Part shown: piece after piece, positions 25,501-37,290 of the stretch
Position numbering within the stretch: position 1 is the stretch's first letter
Layout: every line of letters begins with the position of its first letter
Source: Torpedo marmorata
Lineage: Eukaryota
DNA: 64,000 nucleotides
Direction of reading: 5' to 3'
NCBI GenBank assembly: GCA_977017645.1
Contig: OZ360230.1
Location: 93,744,001 to 93,808,000 of the forward strand
Program-made: the position numbers and the translations under genes
Notes under the pieces: model-generated
Seen by the model: the letters and a program-made list of their open reading frames with translations, nothing else
Told to the model about the DNA's origin: nothing
The model's database searches: none

Positions 25501-27762
25501 CGCAATCGGGTCACTTACGCCTGCTGTTGCACCAGGAGAATTTTCACTCAGGTCTTGATATACTTCATGGCTGTTTGTCTCAGATTCAGGGATTTCATTG
25601 GCACCTGTATATACCTCTGACTCCCGAGAAAACACAATTTGTTCTAATTGGCTTTCAACAACAAATCCCAGTTGGTGAGAGGTTTCTTGACTAGACTTCA
25701 GTTCTGCTAATTCACTCACTGGACAAATTAGAGCCAAAGCTATTTCTGATTTAGATTCATGAGCAGTCCCACTTATTTCTGTCTTTGGACAACTACCATC
25801 TAAATCAAACAAACTTTTTTCCTCTGAATATATCAAGGTCGAGGTGTTACTTATTTCAGATGTTATGCCAGGCAAATTATCAGGGCAGTCTGGTTCTGTT
25901 TCAAAGGGAGTTTCAGTGAGATTTTCATCTGTATCCTGGGAAACCCAGACTGATTCTGAATCTGAAATGAGCCCATCAGAAACTACTTTGGCCTCTGCAT
26001 TGATCACGATGTGATGTGGTTCAGTTTCAAATGGGATTTCATTTAAGTTTTGCTCTGAATTCAGAAAAGTCCTGACTGGCTCTGATTTAAGTCCAGCAAA
26101 AATCTCATCTGTTTCAGGACTTCCTTTCGTGGAATCTGATTCAACTTCAGAGGAAGATTCACTTAAATCTTGGTCTGTATGAAGCAAAGCCCAGATTGAT
26201 TCTGGTATAATTCTACCACAAATTGTGTTTGTCTCAACATTGGGGACATGTGATTTAATGTCGAGAAGAATTTCACTTATATCTTGATTTGTTTGCACAG
26301 GAGGCCAGAATGGATCAGATTCAAAATCACCGCAATTTTCTCTTGATCCTTGAACGGTACCAATGGAATCTGGTTTTCTTTCAATGTGAGTTAGACTTTG
26401 ACCTTGATGTACACTTGGAGAAGACCTAATTGATTTTGATTCTGCATTTCTTTCACAACCACATTCAATGGAATTTGACAGTACTTCAGAGAAAATTTCA
26501 CTTACATTCTGGTTTGTATCCTGAGGGGAACAAACTGGTTCTAGTTCTGATATAATTCCATCCAAGATCTCATTTGTCCCTGGAAAAGTTTCAATGATCT
26601 CTGGTTCAACTACAACTGGAATTTCACTTCTGCATAGGTTGATATCAGGTGGAGTCTGGATTGACTTGTATTCTGTAACAATTGCAGGAGGAATCTTATT
26701 TGTTCCAGGACAAACTACAGTGGAATCTTGATTTACCTTTGTGGGAGTTTCCCTTAAAAGCTGTTCTTTATTCAAGGAAGACCAGCCTGTTTCTGTCAAA
26801 GAGATTTTACTTTGATCTGGTTTAATTCCACTGGTTGTATGATGTAACCCAAGACTATTTACAGCAGGTTCAGATTGTTTTTCTGAGGAAATCCTTGTTG
26901 GCTTCACTGCTTCTGTTGAAAGTACATTTGACTGTACACTACTGTCCAAAGAAATTCCACTTAAAAATGCATCTGTTTCAGTGGAAATCACAATCTGTTC
27001 TTGTGTAAGCAGAGGATTTTTATTGGAGTCCCATTGCAACTCAGAGCAACAGACGTTAGTGTGTGCATCAATAGCAGCATTTAATCGTGTTTCTGAACCA
27101 GAAGATTCTATATTATGTTGTGTTTTTGTTTCTAAAGAAATTGCACATTTTTCCAAATTAAATACATTAGAATATTCAGTTGTTTGTGGTTTTGATAAAG
27201 GAAAGATTTCATTTGCCGCTGCTTTGGTTTCTGAGGAAAGGTCACTTGGTTTAAGTTCTGAGTCTGCAGCAGAATCGACACTTTGTTCAAGGCAACTGCC
27301 TAACCTTAATTCAGATATCTCTTCCAAAATGTCACTTAGCTCTACTTTTGCCCCTCGTCCATCTCCATTTCTCACCTGTGAATTGGAGAATGTGCCTTGA
27401 GGCTCAGAATCTCTACAGAAGGAAGTTGTACAAGTCCGAACTTGCGCTGCATGCAGTTGCAATGCATCAGAGGAAGAAGTGATGAGCTGTGATTCACTAG
27501 AGGTATCAATTAGTCTCTTCAGATCATTAGAAAAAGCATCAGTTGTTTCTACTTTTAATCCAGGACCCGTCGCAGTTATCTCTGAAGATGTAACAGTTGG
27601 CTCCAATGTTGTCACACTTGTTGCTGGTGTTTCTACGACACTTTTACTTGATCCAAGTGGTATAGCAGGAGAAACTTGGCTTGGTCTTGCAGGTTCTTCC
27701 TCTGAACCGCCTTCCTCTTCAGATTCACAGGGATCAGAAAGTTTTTCTAGGGATTCTGAAAC
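22570..27762 (-). CDS. ARHGEF4: Giant internal coding exon (5,193 bp, 1,731 codons, phase 0/0) of Rho guanine nucleotide exchange factor 4 (Asef) long isoform N-terminal region
   Basis: Uninterrupted 1,699-aa ORF that extends upstream to a polypyrimidine acceptor (tcctttcctttcttctag|GTT at 27762) and ends at donor GAG|gtgagt (22570). The C-terminal third has motifs I recall from ARHGEF4/SPATA13 long isoforms: FTKMTSFRKNKS, KRSRSTDSL, HSEYARRIS, RPMSPKPQSPR, SPERPTTSKP, SQSQTSL. Confidence 0.85.
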
Positions 27763-30029
27763 CTAGAAGAAAGGAAAGGAATATTCTTACTTAAATTGAT
27801 TAATTCAATAAATATGTTATTACATTTTTAACAGGAGATTTCTTTACACTGACAAACATTTTGAGCAGTAACTTCACCAATACAACAAGTGAATTATGAT
27901 TTCTGCTTAATTTTTGACAGACAGAGAACAATGGTGTCCCAGCCCATCTACAGAAAGTCAGAGATTTAAAGGTATGGCTAATGTATTGTTTCCCAGCCTT
28001 TTCATTCTTTGTATAATTACAACAAAAATACTTTTAACTTACTGTATATCCAAAGGAATGCATTGCTATGGTAACCATACACCTTAAGGCTCTTCTCCCA
28101 GTCATAATTAAATACCTGTCATGAGCCAAAGAGGCTTCGGAACAAAAGCTTAGATAAAGAAAGAAATTGTTAAGGACATTTTTAAGGTAGGAGGTATGAA
28201 GACATTTTTGAGGAGCGAATGTCACAAACTTGAGCCTTGAACACTGTTGACAAGGACAGGATAATGGACAAAAGGTCAAATCTGAATGATTGCAAAATCA
28301 GAGAAAAGAATTGTAAGGCTGGTGGAAATAAAATAATTGAGACTGAAAAATCATGAAGGGATTTGATTTTAATATTGAAGGACTCATGAACCGAGTGACT
28401 GTAAGCCCTTCCAGGATGGGTAAATGGAATTTGATGAGTGTTAGGGCATGAGAAGCAGTTTTCTTGATTGACATTTTAATTTTATCCGCTTCTTGCATGA
28501 AAGAACTCTGGCAATTTTGTTGACTGGAAATGATTTTGGAAGTAACTCTTTGGTGACAGTGATTAGAGGTGAAGACCTGAGGAATCGAAAGGTCACTGTC
28601 GTTAACAGGATTCAGGCGGGTTTGGAACCATCTTCCTTTGTCCTCTGCCAGTGACTGTTTCCACCGAGCCTCTTGCCACGTGATAAGAACAGGTCAGAAG
28701 ACTGGGAGAGAATCTGAAGACATTCAGCTCAATTGTTTTTGGACTAATGGCACTTAGATGATCACATTTCTACTGAAACGGAATTGATTGAATTGAATTG
28801 TTTATTGTCACCGGGATACAGCGAAAAACTTTCTATTGTGTGTTATCCAGGCAAGTCAACGTAAAGTGCAGGGTATGGTGTAGTATTAAAGAGAAAAGTA
28901 CAGTTAAACAATGCAAGGCATCATCTTATGTGAATAGGAGGTTCAGAAGCAGCATTTTGTGCCTATGCTGAGGATTTTAGTATGATGAGCTGCAGTAAAC
29001 TTGTATTGCAGATTTAAAAGTGCATTTATCCCCTACTGAGCTTTTTTTAAAATTGTGACAAGTTCACCTGAACCAGGTTAGTTAACTAAATGTAAACTGA
29101 TAGAGATCAGTTTATATGAACATTTGGAGTCAGGTCAATAACCAAGACGGAACAACAGAAACTCTAAAACACTGAACAAAAGCATCATTATATCACTTAC
29201 ATTTTCCATAAATGAGCTTTATTGAACAATTGTCATTAAATATTCATTTCAATTGCAATGCATTTGTAGAATGATAAATTAATTGAGTCAAACGAGGTAG
29301 CAATGAAGATTCTTCTCTGCTGCTCTTTTATTCAAGGCACGTTAGCTCTTTCATTGAGGCAATTCTCTGAACAAAGTATTTCCTATTTGGATTAAGCCTT
29401 ATCATTTATGAAGTTAATTCCTCTTGTGGATAGTATCTGGACAACAAACTTGCTTTGTCTAAACACAGATGCCATCAAGTAAGACTGCCAGCATTACAAA
29501 AAGTTGTATCTTGAATAAAAATGTGAAATATAATGCAGGGACTTTCTTTAGGGGAATTAGAGAGTTGCTCTAGCTTTGACAACTTTAGGAGAGCTGTGTT
29601 TTATTGAATTTATTTTGATTTTCCAGTGTTAAATTTTATTTCATCGCTATTATTAGTTATGACTGATGAAGGAACTTTTGATTGGAAATATTTCTTTCAA
29701 AATTATTAACAGTTAATGCAATAAAAGTGAGACAATAAAAAATAAACTTCACAAAATTCTTTCATCAATGGGTAGTAAAACAAAAAGGTAAGCCTAAATA
29801 CAATTAACAATGGGAAACTTGGAGTTGCGTGAAAGGCCAGCAAGCATAACCAATGGTATGTGTCGTGAGCCATTAGATTTTATATCTGCAAGTGAGTACA
29901 ACTTTGCAGGAGATGCATTAGTGAGAATCTCTCAGTGCTCTGAATTTAGAATCCAACAACCTCAGCAAGTTTGGAAGTCATTGGAAATTTGTTCGGAAAA
30001 GTAAATCTTGCAATTTTCAGTAATTAAAA

Positions 30030-30375
30030 ATAGGAAATGCTGGAAACTCAGCAGATCAGTCAGAATCTGTAGAAAGTGAAATCAAGTAAACATTTCAAGC
30101 TGCAATACACAAAAGTGCTGAAGAAACTCAGCAGGCCACGCAGCATCGATAGGAAGTAAAGCGTAACTAACGTTTCGGGCCTGATCTGTGACGAAGGGCT
30201 CAGGCCCAAAACATTCGTTACTCATTACTTCCTGTAGATGCTTCATGACCTGCTGAGTTGTGCAGCACTTTTGTATATTGCACTATAACCCCAGCATCTG
30301 CAGACATTCCTGTTTAACCCACATTTCAATTTTGCCAGCACTTTCTGTTTGTATTTCAGATTTCTAACACGCAGT
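30030..30375. mobile_element. Nested Penelope pLTR-derived short elements: inner palindromic element (30099-30320, 9-bp TSD) inside an older related element
   Basis: Inner arms tgcaatacacaaaagtgctg..actcagcagg..tttcgggcctga and tcaggcccaaaa..cctgctgagt..cagcacttttgtatattgca are reverse complements; acatttcaa at 30090-30098 and 30321-30329. Confidence 0.75.
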
Positions 30376-30429
30376 TTTTTTTAAATTTTCATGCACAATA
30401 TTCTACATTATATTCAAAGATGAATCTTA

Positions 30430-31620
30430 AATCAAAGTCAAAGTTCAAATTTATTGTCAGAGTACATTCCTGCCATCACATACAACCCTGAGATTCTTTT
30501 TTTCTGAGGGCCAGGCAGAATTTCTAGTAATCAGTAACTGTAAACTGTACTCAAGAAGAAAGAAATGTATACAAAAGAAAGCAATGTAAATAAAAGAAGA
30601 AAATGTAAGCAAACTGATTGTGCAAATACAGAAAATTAAATATACAGTAAAGTAAGAGTCCTTAAATGAGTCTCTGATTGAGTCTTGGTTAGGAGCCTGA
30701 TGGTTGAGGGGTAGTAACTATTCCTGAACCTGGAAGTACAATTCCCGTGGCACCTCTACCTCTTTCCTGGTGGCAGCAGCGAGAACAGAGCATCTCCTGA
30801 GTGGTGTGGATCTTTGATGATTGCTGCTGCTCTCCGACGGCAGCGTTCCATGTAGATGTTCTCGATGGTGGGGAGAATTTTGCCTGTGATAAACTGGGCT
30901 GTGTCAACCACCTTTTGCAGGGCTTTCCGCTCAGAGGTATTGGTGCCCCCATACCAGGCCGTGATGCAGCCGGTCAGCACACTTTCCACTACACATCTGT
31001 AGAAGTTTGCCAAGGTGTCTGATGACACACTGAACCTTCACAAACTCTTGAAGTACAGGTGCTGACATGCTTTCTTCACAATGTCATTACTATGATAGGT
31101 CCAGGAAAGGTCTTCTGAGATAGTGACACCCAGGACTTTAAATTTGCTCTGGTTTTCCTTTGCTAAAGTCCATAATCAGCTCCTTGGTTTTGGTGAAATT
31201 GAATGTGAGGTTGTTATTAGTACACCATTCAGCCAAGTCTTCAATCTCCCTCCTGTATGCTGACTCATCACCCCTTGTTATACAGCCCACTGCTGTGGTA
31301 TCGTCAGCAAAATTGCTTCTGGTGTTGTTGTCATACCGAGCCACACAGTCATAGATGTAAAGCGAATAGAGTAGGAGACTAAGTACGCAACCCTGTAGTG
31401 CTCCGGTGCTGATGGAGATTGTGGAAGAGGTATTCTTGCCAATCTGGACTGATTGGTATCTGGAGGTGAGGACATTTAGGATCTAATTGCACAGTAGGGT
31501 ATTGAGGCCAAGGTCTTGAAGTTTGCTGATTAAGTTTGATGGTGATGGTGTTGAATGCCAAACTGTAGTCGATAAAGAGCATCCTAATGTATGCATCTTT
31601 GCTATCCGGATTTTCAAGGG
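30430..31620 (-). mobile_element. Rex1/Babar non-LTR retrotransposon, 5'-truncated and degenerate
   Basis: [55 protein letters not shown]; tail gacaataaatttgaactttgact. Confidence 0.92.
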
Positions 31621-31714
31621 TCTTGTGAAATGTTTTGTCAATGGTTACCCCAATAAAGTATTATTTGGTTATATCAATGCCTACGAGAGGTTTCTTTGGA
31701 TTAACAACACATGT

Positions 31715-32008
31715 GTGGCGGCACGGTTGGCGTAGCGGTTAGCGCAATGCCTTTACAGCGCCAGCGATCAGGACTGGGGTTCGAATCCTGCGCTGTCTGT
31801 AAGGAGTGTGTACGTTCTCCCCGTGTCTGCGTGGGTTTTCCCCGGGAGCTCTGGTTTCCTCCCACCGTTCAAAATGTACTGGCTGTGTAGGTTAATTGGG
31901 TGTAAATTGGGCGGCACGGACTCGTGGGCCGAAATGGCCTGTTACCGTGCTGTATGCCTAAATTTTTTTAAAAATTAAATTTTAATTTTAATTTTAAAAT
32001 TAAAATTA
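31715..32008 (+). mobile_element. Well-preserved tRNA-derived V-SINE (HE1-like)
   Basis: A-box tggcgtagcgg, B-box ggttcgaatcc, V core ctctggtttcctcccacc, CR1-type tail and AT-rich end. Confidence 0.9.
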
Positions 32009-32209
32009 TAGTCTATTCGAACACAGACAGCCTGTGAAGTCTGGTTACTCTTTGTCTCTTCATTGGAATACCTAGTCTAATTTCAATCTCCTGCTTATAG
32101 CTAACTCTTTAATGCTCGTTTAAAAGAAAACATTTTTCTAAAAATGTTATAGGATCTGTTTCAATAATGGTTTTGCAAACCTAATTCATCATTCCAGCAG
32201 ATGTCATTC

Positions 32210-32740
32210 TTTATCTCTTTGTTCTCCACAATCTCCAGGGCACTACTATACATCGTGCAAATCCTGCCCTGGTTTTACCTACCAAAGTGAAACTCCTTAT
32301 ACTTATATGAATTAAATTTCATCTACCTTTCCTTGGCCCTCTTTCCCAGTTCCTTTAGATCCTGTTGTAATAATAGATAACCTTCTTCACTGTCCACTAT
32401 GCCAATAATATTGGTGTCATCCACAAATTTACTAACCCAGGGAACTACATTGTCATCCTAGTCGTTAATATACAATAGATGACGAACATCAGTGGACCCA
32501 GCACTGATCCCTGTGGAACACCACTGTCACAGGCCTCCAAACTGAGAAACAATCCTGCACTACCACTCTCTCTCTCCCAATCCAATCGGCCAGCCCTCAA
32601 TGCATCCCAAGCAATCATACCAGCCTATCATGTGAGCTCTTGTCAAAGGCCTTGCTAAAGTCATGTAGACAATGTCTAACACCCTGCCTTCATCAATCTT
32701 CTTGATCACCTCTTCAAAAGTCAAATTGACTTTGTGGGAT
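32210..32740 (-). mobile_element. CR1 LINE RT fragment
   Basis: Minus strand reads DFSKAFDK, SGVPQGSVLGPL, VSKFVDDT. Confidence 0.85.
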
Positions 32741-33429
32741 TGAAAGTGGAGCTGGAGAAGCTTCTGGAGAAAATAACTGCAATCCAGTGTCAGAAGTCAA
32801 GTAGGGACTACGGTCAAAGCATGGATCAAGGAGTTTTGAATTGATCAGGGAACAAGGGCCAGATTCTGGACCATGATCACAGCTAATTCAGGAGTAGGGT
32901 CAGTGAAATGAGGCCAAAGTCAATGGGTTTATCAGGAACTGGAAAATTACAGGGTGAAATCTGTGGTCGAGATATGTGGGATTGGGATCATTGTTTGGGA
33001 GAGAGTGCCAAAGGAAAGATAAATAGTAGAATCTTTCTAAACAGGATCCCAAGCCTCGGCTGGGTCCTGCCCATGGAACAAGTCTATCAAAACCTTATTC
33101 TGAGAGTGCACATCAAGAGGGACACTCCAGCGTAACATCATCCAATTTCGTGATTAATTTCCATGAATGTCCATTGGGCTCACGTCGGATTCCATTGACA
33201 TCTTTTGTATACTTCACTTGTACAGATCTCACACACTTCCTTCAGGTTTTATGCCTCTGTGTAATGTCTTGGCCTTTCCACAAGGTCCAAATTGTGGTAC
33301 GAACTTCTCTTATTTCGTACCTCAGTGGTAATCCATGTGAGTTGTGTGCAATTGCTGAAATAATAAAACCTATTGCATTTACTTGTCCAACAAATTGCAT
33401 GATTCAAGTTGTCATTAAGTGTTCATGCA

Positions 33430-35820
33430 AATCGTTGGCTCTCCACTCAGCTCTGGATCACCTCGAAAACAGCAATTCATACATTCGGCTGCTCTTCATC
33501 GACTACAGCTCGGCCTTCAATACCATTATTCCCTCAGTGCTGGTCAAGAAGCTACAAACTCTAGGCCTCTGTATCCCCATCTGCAACTGGATCCTTGACT
33601 TTCTCATCAGAAGACCACAATCAGTACGAATTGGAAACAACGTCTCCTCTTCACTGATTATCAACACAGGCACACCCCAAGGATGCATGCTTAGCCCACT
33701 GCACTACTTGTTATATACCCACGACTGTATGGCCAGGCACAATTCCAATGCCATCTACAAATTTGCCGATGACACCACAGTTGTCGGCAGAATCACAAAC
33801 GGCAATGAGGAAGCATACACGAGGGAGATAGATCAGCTCGTTGAATGGTGTAATGACAACAGCCTTGCACTCAATGTCAGCAAAACCAAGGAGATGATTA
33901 TTGACTTCAGGAGGAAGTCAGGGGAACAGGACCCAGTCCTCATCAAGGGCTCAGTAATGGAGAGGGTCAAGAACTTCAAATTCTTCCACTTTTACCGTTT
34001 TCTATCCACTTTTACCGTTTTCTATGAATAATCAATTATTAAAAATATGGTTTCAAAAAGGTATTAAAAATTTTAAAGATTGTTTTGAAGCTGGAAGATT
34101 TGTTACATTTCAAAGACTGAAAGAAAAATTTGATATATTAGATAATACATGGTTAGTCTATTATCAGATTAAAGCTTTTCTAGTTGAGAAATTAGGAGAT
34201 AATTTGATTACTCCAAGATATAATGAGTTGGAATTATTAATTACTAAAACAAATATTAATAAGTTTATTTCTCAAATGTATAAATTACTTCAGAAAAAAA
34301 TGCCTAAAGTAGGGTTACATAAATCAAGATTAAGATGGGAATTAGATTTAAATATTAGTATAGATCAAAAACATTGGGAGGATTTATGTAAGTTAAGTAT
34401 GACTAAAGTTATTAATGTTAGGTATAGATTGGTACAATATAATTTTTTTCATCAATTATACTTAACACCAAAAAAACTAAAGAAATTTAATCCGGCATTG
34501 TCAGATTTGTGTTTTAGATGTAAGAATGAAGTAGGTTCTTTTGTTCATTCTACATGGTCATGTCCTAAGATTCAAGATTTTTGGTTTAAAGTTAAGGATT
34601 TTTTAGAAAGAGTTTTCAATGTTAGGTTTTTATTGGACCCTATGTTATTTTTATTTGGAGATATTAGAAAATTTAGTATTAGGAACAGATTGAATATGTA
34701 TCAGGTAGAGTTTTTACGTATTGTTTTAGCGGTTTCAAAAAAATGTATCGCTATTACTTGGAAATCAGATTTAGATTTGAATTTAGATAGATGGCATGCA
34801 GAACTTCGTTCATGTATTCCTTTGGAAAAAATTACCTATAATTTACGGAATAAATATCATTTATTTTTAAAAATTTGGAGCCCATACATGAGGGTTATGG
34901 GTTTGAGGATTTGAAATTTTTTGGGAACTAGGTCTATTGGCGAGTTTAACCTCCAGATTAGAATTAGTTTTTAGATGGCTCTCTCCTCATTATTAATCTC
35001 TTTCTCTTTTTCTCTTTATTTTTCTTTATCTATTTTATTTTTAGTATAGTGGGACTGGGGGGTTGGGGAGGGGTGGGAGGGAGTGGGGGGAGGAAATTTA
35101 TATCACTGTATTTTGGAATTATATATTTTGGATTTTGAATTATGTATTATGTGATTTAAAAAATTTAAATAAAATAATAAAAAAAAAAAAAAAAAGAACT
35201 TCAAATTCCTGGGTGTCAACATTTCCAAGGATCTGTCCTGGAGCCTCCATGTTGATGCAATCACTAAGAAGGCTCGCCAGCGGCTATACTTTGTGAGGTG
35301 TCTGAGGAGATTCGGTATGTCACCGAAGACTCTCGTAAACTTCTACAGGTGTACCGTGGAGAGCATTTTAGCTGGTTGCATTACTGCCTGGTATGGAGGC
35401 GCCAACTCTCAGGACAAGAATAAACTCCAGAGGGTTGTTAACTTGGCCTGTGACATCACAGGCACCAGACTTCACTCCATCGAGGACATCTAACGAGATG
35501 GTGTCTTAAAAAAGCAGCACCTGTCCTCAAAGACCCCCACCACCCAGGCCATGCCCTCTTCACTCTGCTACCATCGGGAAAAAGGTACAGGAGCCTAAAG
35601 TCGAGCACTCAACAGCACAAGGACAGTTTCTTCCCCGCTGCCATCAGATTCCTGAATAATCAATGAACCAACGACACTGCCTTACTTTTCGTGCACTATT
35701 ATTTATATATTTTTTATAGTAATGTCGTAAGATGGTAATAATATGAATGTTTAAACTATGATGCTGCTGCAAAACATCGAATTTCATGACTTGTTCATGA
35801 CAATAGATTCTGATTCTGAA
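33430..35820 (+). mobile_element. Rex1/Babar element split by an L1 insertion (Rex parts 33430-33983 and 35194-35820)
   Basis: [33 protein letters not shown], then VKNFKF|LGVNIS resumes after the insert; nearly identical to the copy at 62381-63707; (ttctga)n tail. Confidence 0.95.
33984..35193 (+). mobile_element. 5'-truncated L1-clade LINE (ORF2 C-terminus with CCHC knuckle, 3' UTR, poly-A) with 15-bp TSD
   Basis: Intact 296-aa ORF 34024-34914 with CFRCKNEVGSFVHSTWSC and CIAITWK..IPLEKITY..KIWSPY; G-rich 3' UTR, aataaa, poly-A; TSD aagaacttcaaattc at 33969-33983 and 35194-35208. Confidence 0.93.
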
Positions 35821-35864
35821 ATAGCTGGACATGAAGGACATTGTCATTGGGAGAAAAGATGAAA

Positions 35865-36560
35865 TAGGCATGGTCATCTAGCAAAGAAACATGCCCTTTG
35901 GTCCACTGCAGTCAGGCTTACCTTCAAGTGCCCATCTACACCAATACCATTTTACCTCATGCATCTCCATAAATTCCTCCACTGGTGGCAAATTTCCAGA
36001 CGACAATTTACTTACCAATCATCACATTTGTGGTACATGGGTCAAAACTGGAGCATCTACAGCAGTGGTTTTCAAACTGCCCCCCAAACACACATTCCAC
36101 CTTAAGTAATCCCTATGCCGTAAGTGCATCTGTGATTAGTAAGGGATTGCTTAAGGTGGTATGTGAGTGGGAAGAAAAAGGTTTGAAAACCACTGTTTTA
36201 ATCGTACCTAATTGACTCGTTATGTGCACAGTTTCATAACTCCAAAGGAAATGGGCCAATGACAATTTTTCTCAGGCAAAATATTTCAGTAACAATTGGG
36301 TCTGGAGCAGTGATTCTCAACCTTCCCTTCCCACTCACATACCATCTTAAGCAATCCCTTACCAATCACAGAGCACTTATGGCATAGGGGTTGATTAAGG
36401 TGGAATGTGAGTTTAGGGGGGCAGTTTGAAAACCACTGGTCTAGAGGAAACCGACAGAATAACAGGGAGAGCATGCAAATTCCATACAGACAGCATCGAA
36501 GGTCAGGGTCAAACCCATGGCTCTGGAGCTCATGAGGCAGCAACACTAAATACTGTGTCA
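35865..36560 (-). mobile_element. V-SINE-like element interrupted by a hAT MITE
   Basis: Head remnant at 36440-36560 (gggagagcatgcaaattccatacagacagc...gggtcaaaccc) and tail remnant at 35870-36060. Confidence 0.55.
36063..36438. mobile_element. Composite hAT (Charlie-like) MITE: two short TIR-bounded units plus spacer
   Basis: Outer TIRs CAGTGGTTTTCAAACTGCCCCC and GGGGGCAGTTTGAAAACCACTG; inner TIRs at ~36195 and 36308; flanks atctacag and gtctagag match the Charlie nTCTAGAn target. Confidence 0.85.
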
Positions 36561-37290
36561 CCCTCTTCTATAGGTTTCTGTTCTTTCTCTCCTGTAATAA
36601 CCTTCAGGACCCTGACACCAAGAGTTCTACCTCTTTAGGTAATACATGCAAGATGACTGCACTGGGAATGCTGCACAAACAAGTCTCGGAGGCTGTTCTG
36701 AATCATCGTGTCCTACCCACTTGCTATTCAGAAGTCAGTGCTTGCATTGTTGAAATTATATAATGATATCGTCAGCAGGAGCTCTTCCTGCCTCTTGGTG
36801 CCAATACTGAAATGTGAGACATTCTGCAATGACAATGGGCTTGGGCTGAATAGCTTTGATGGTGTTCCAGTAAGTTCTATGTAAGACAAGTCCACCAGTT
36901 TATTTAGTGCAGCCAGAGTTTTTGAGAAATCTGAAAGGCCAATACAGCAGGAATATATTTGCATTTTTCTCATTTGGTTGTTGAATCATGCAGAGATATA
37001 GCACAGAAAAGGCCCGTTGGCCTGTCGAGTCCACACCAAGCATCAACTCCCCACCACTGCATTATCATTTTTCAGTTATCATCATTTAAATCCTTCCAAA
37101 TAAGGATCAGTTTCCTTTTTAATCGCTCAAATGGTGACTGCCAAAATGTGGCATTTCACTGACAGTCGAGGTTTAATAGACATAATGTTTGTAGTACCAT
37201 CGATCAGGTCAGTTTTACCTGTTGTCAATGTAATAACTATTTTTATAAATAATACACTGTACAGAGAGACCAACATGTGCCTATTCAATA

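Noticed and set aside
22516-27615. 1,699-aa ORF as a stand-alone single-exon gene
   Set aside because: The listed start is GTG, the frame extends to a splice acceptor at 27762, and a strong donor at 22570 joins in frame to downstream Asef-family exons.
23025-27766. Plus-strand ORFs overlapping the giant exon
   Set aside because: Antisense shadows of a long coding frame; no independent evidence.
31715-31800. tRNA gene
   Set aside because: The A/B boxes belong to a multi-copy V-SINE head; no complete cloverleaf.
33150-34914. Two-ORF operon-like or fused RT gene
   Set aside because: A chance read-in to a Rex1 fragment followed by an unrelated L1 insertion bounded by a TSD.
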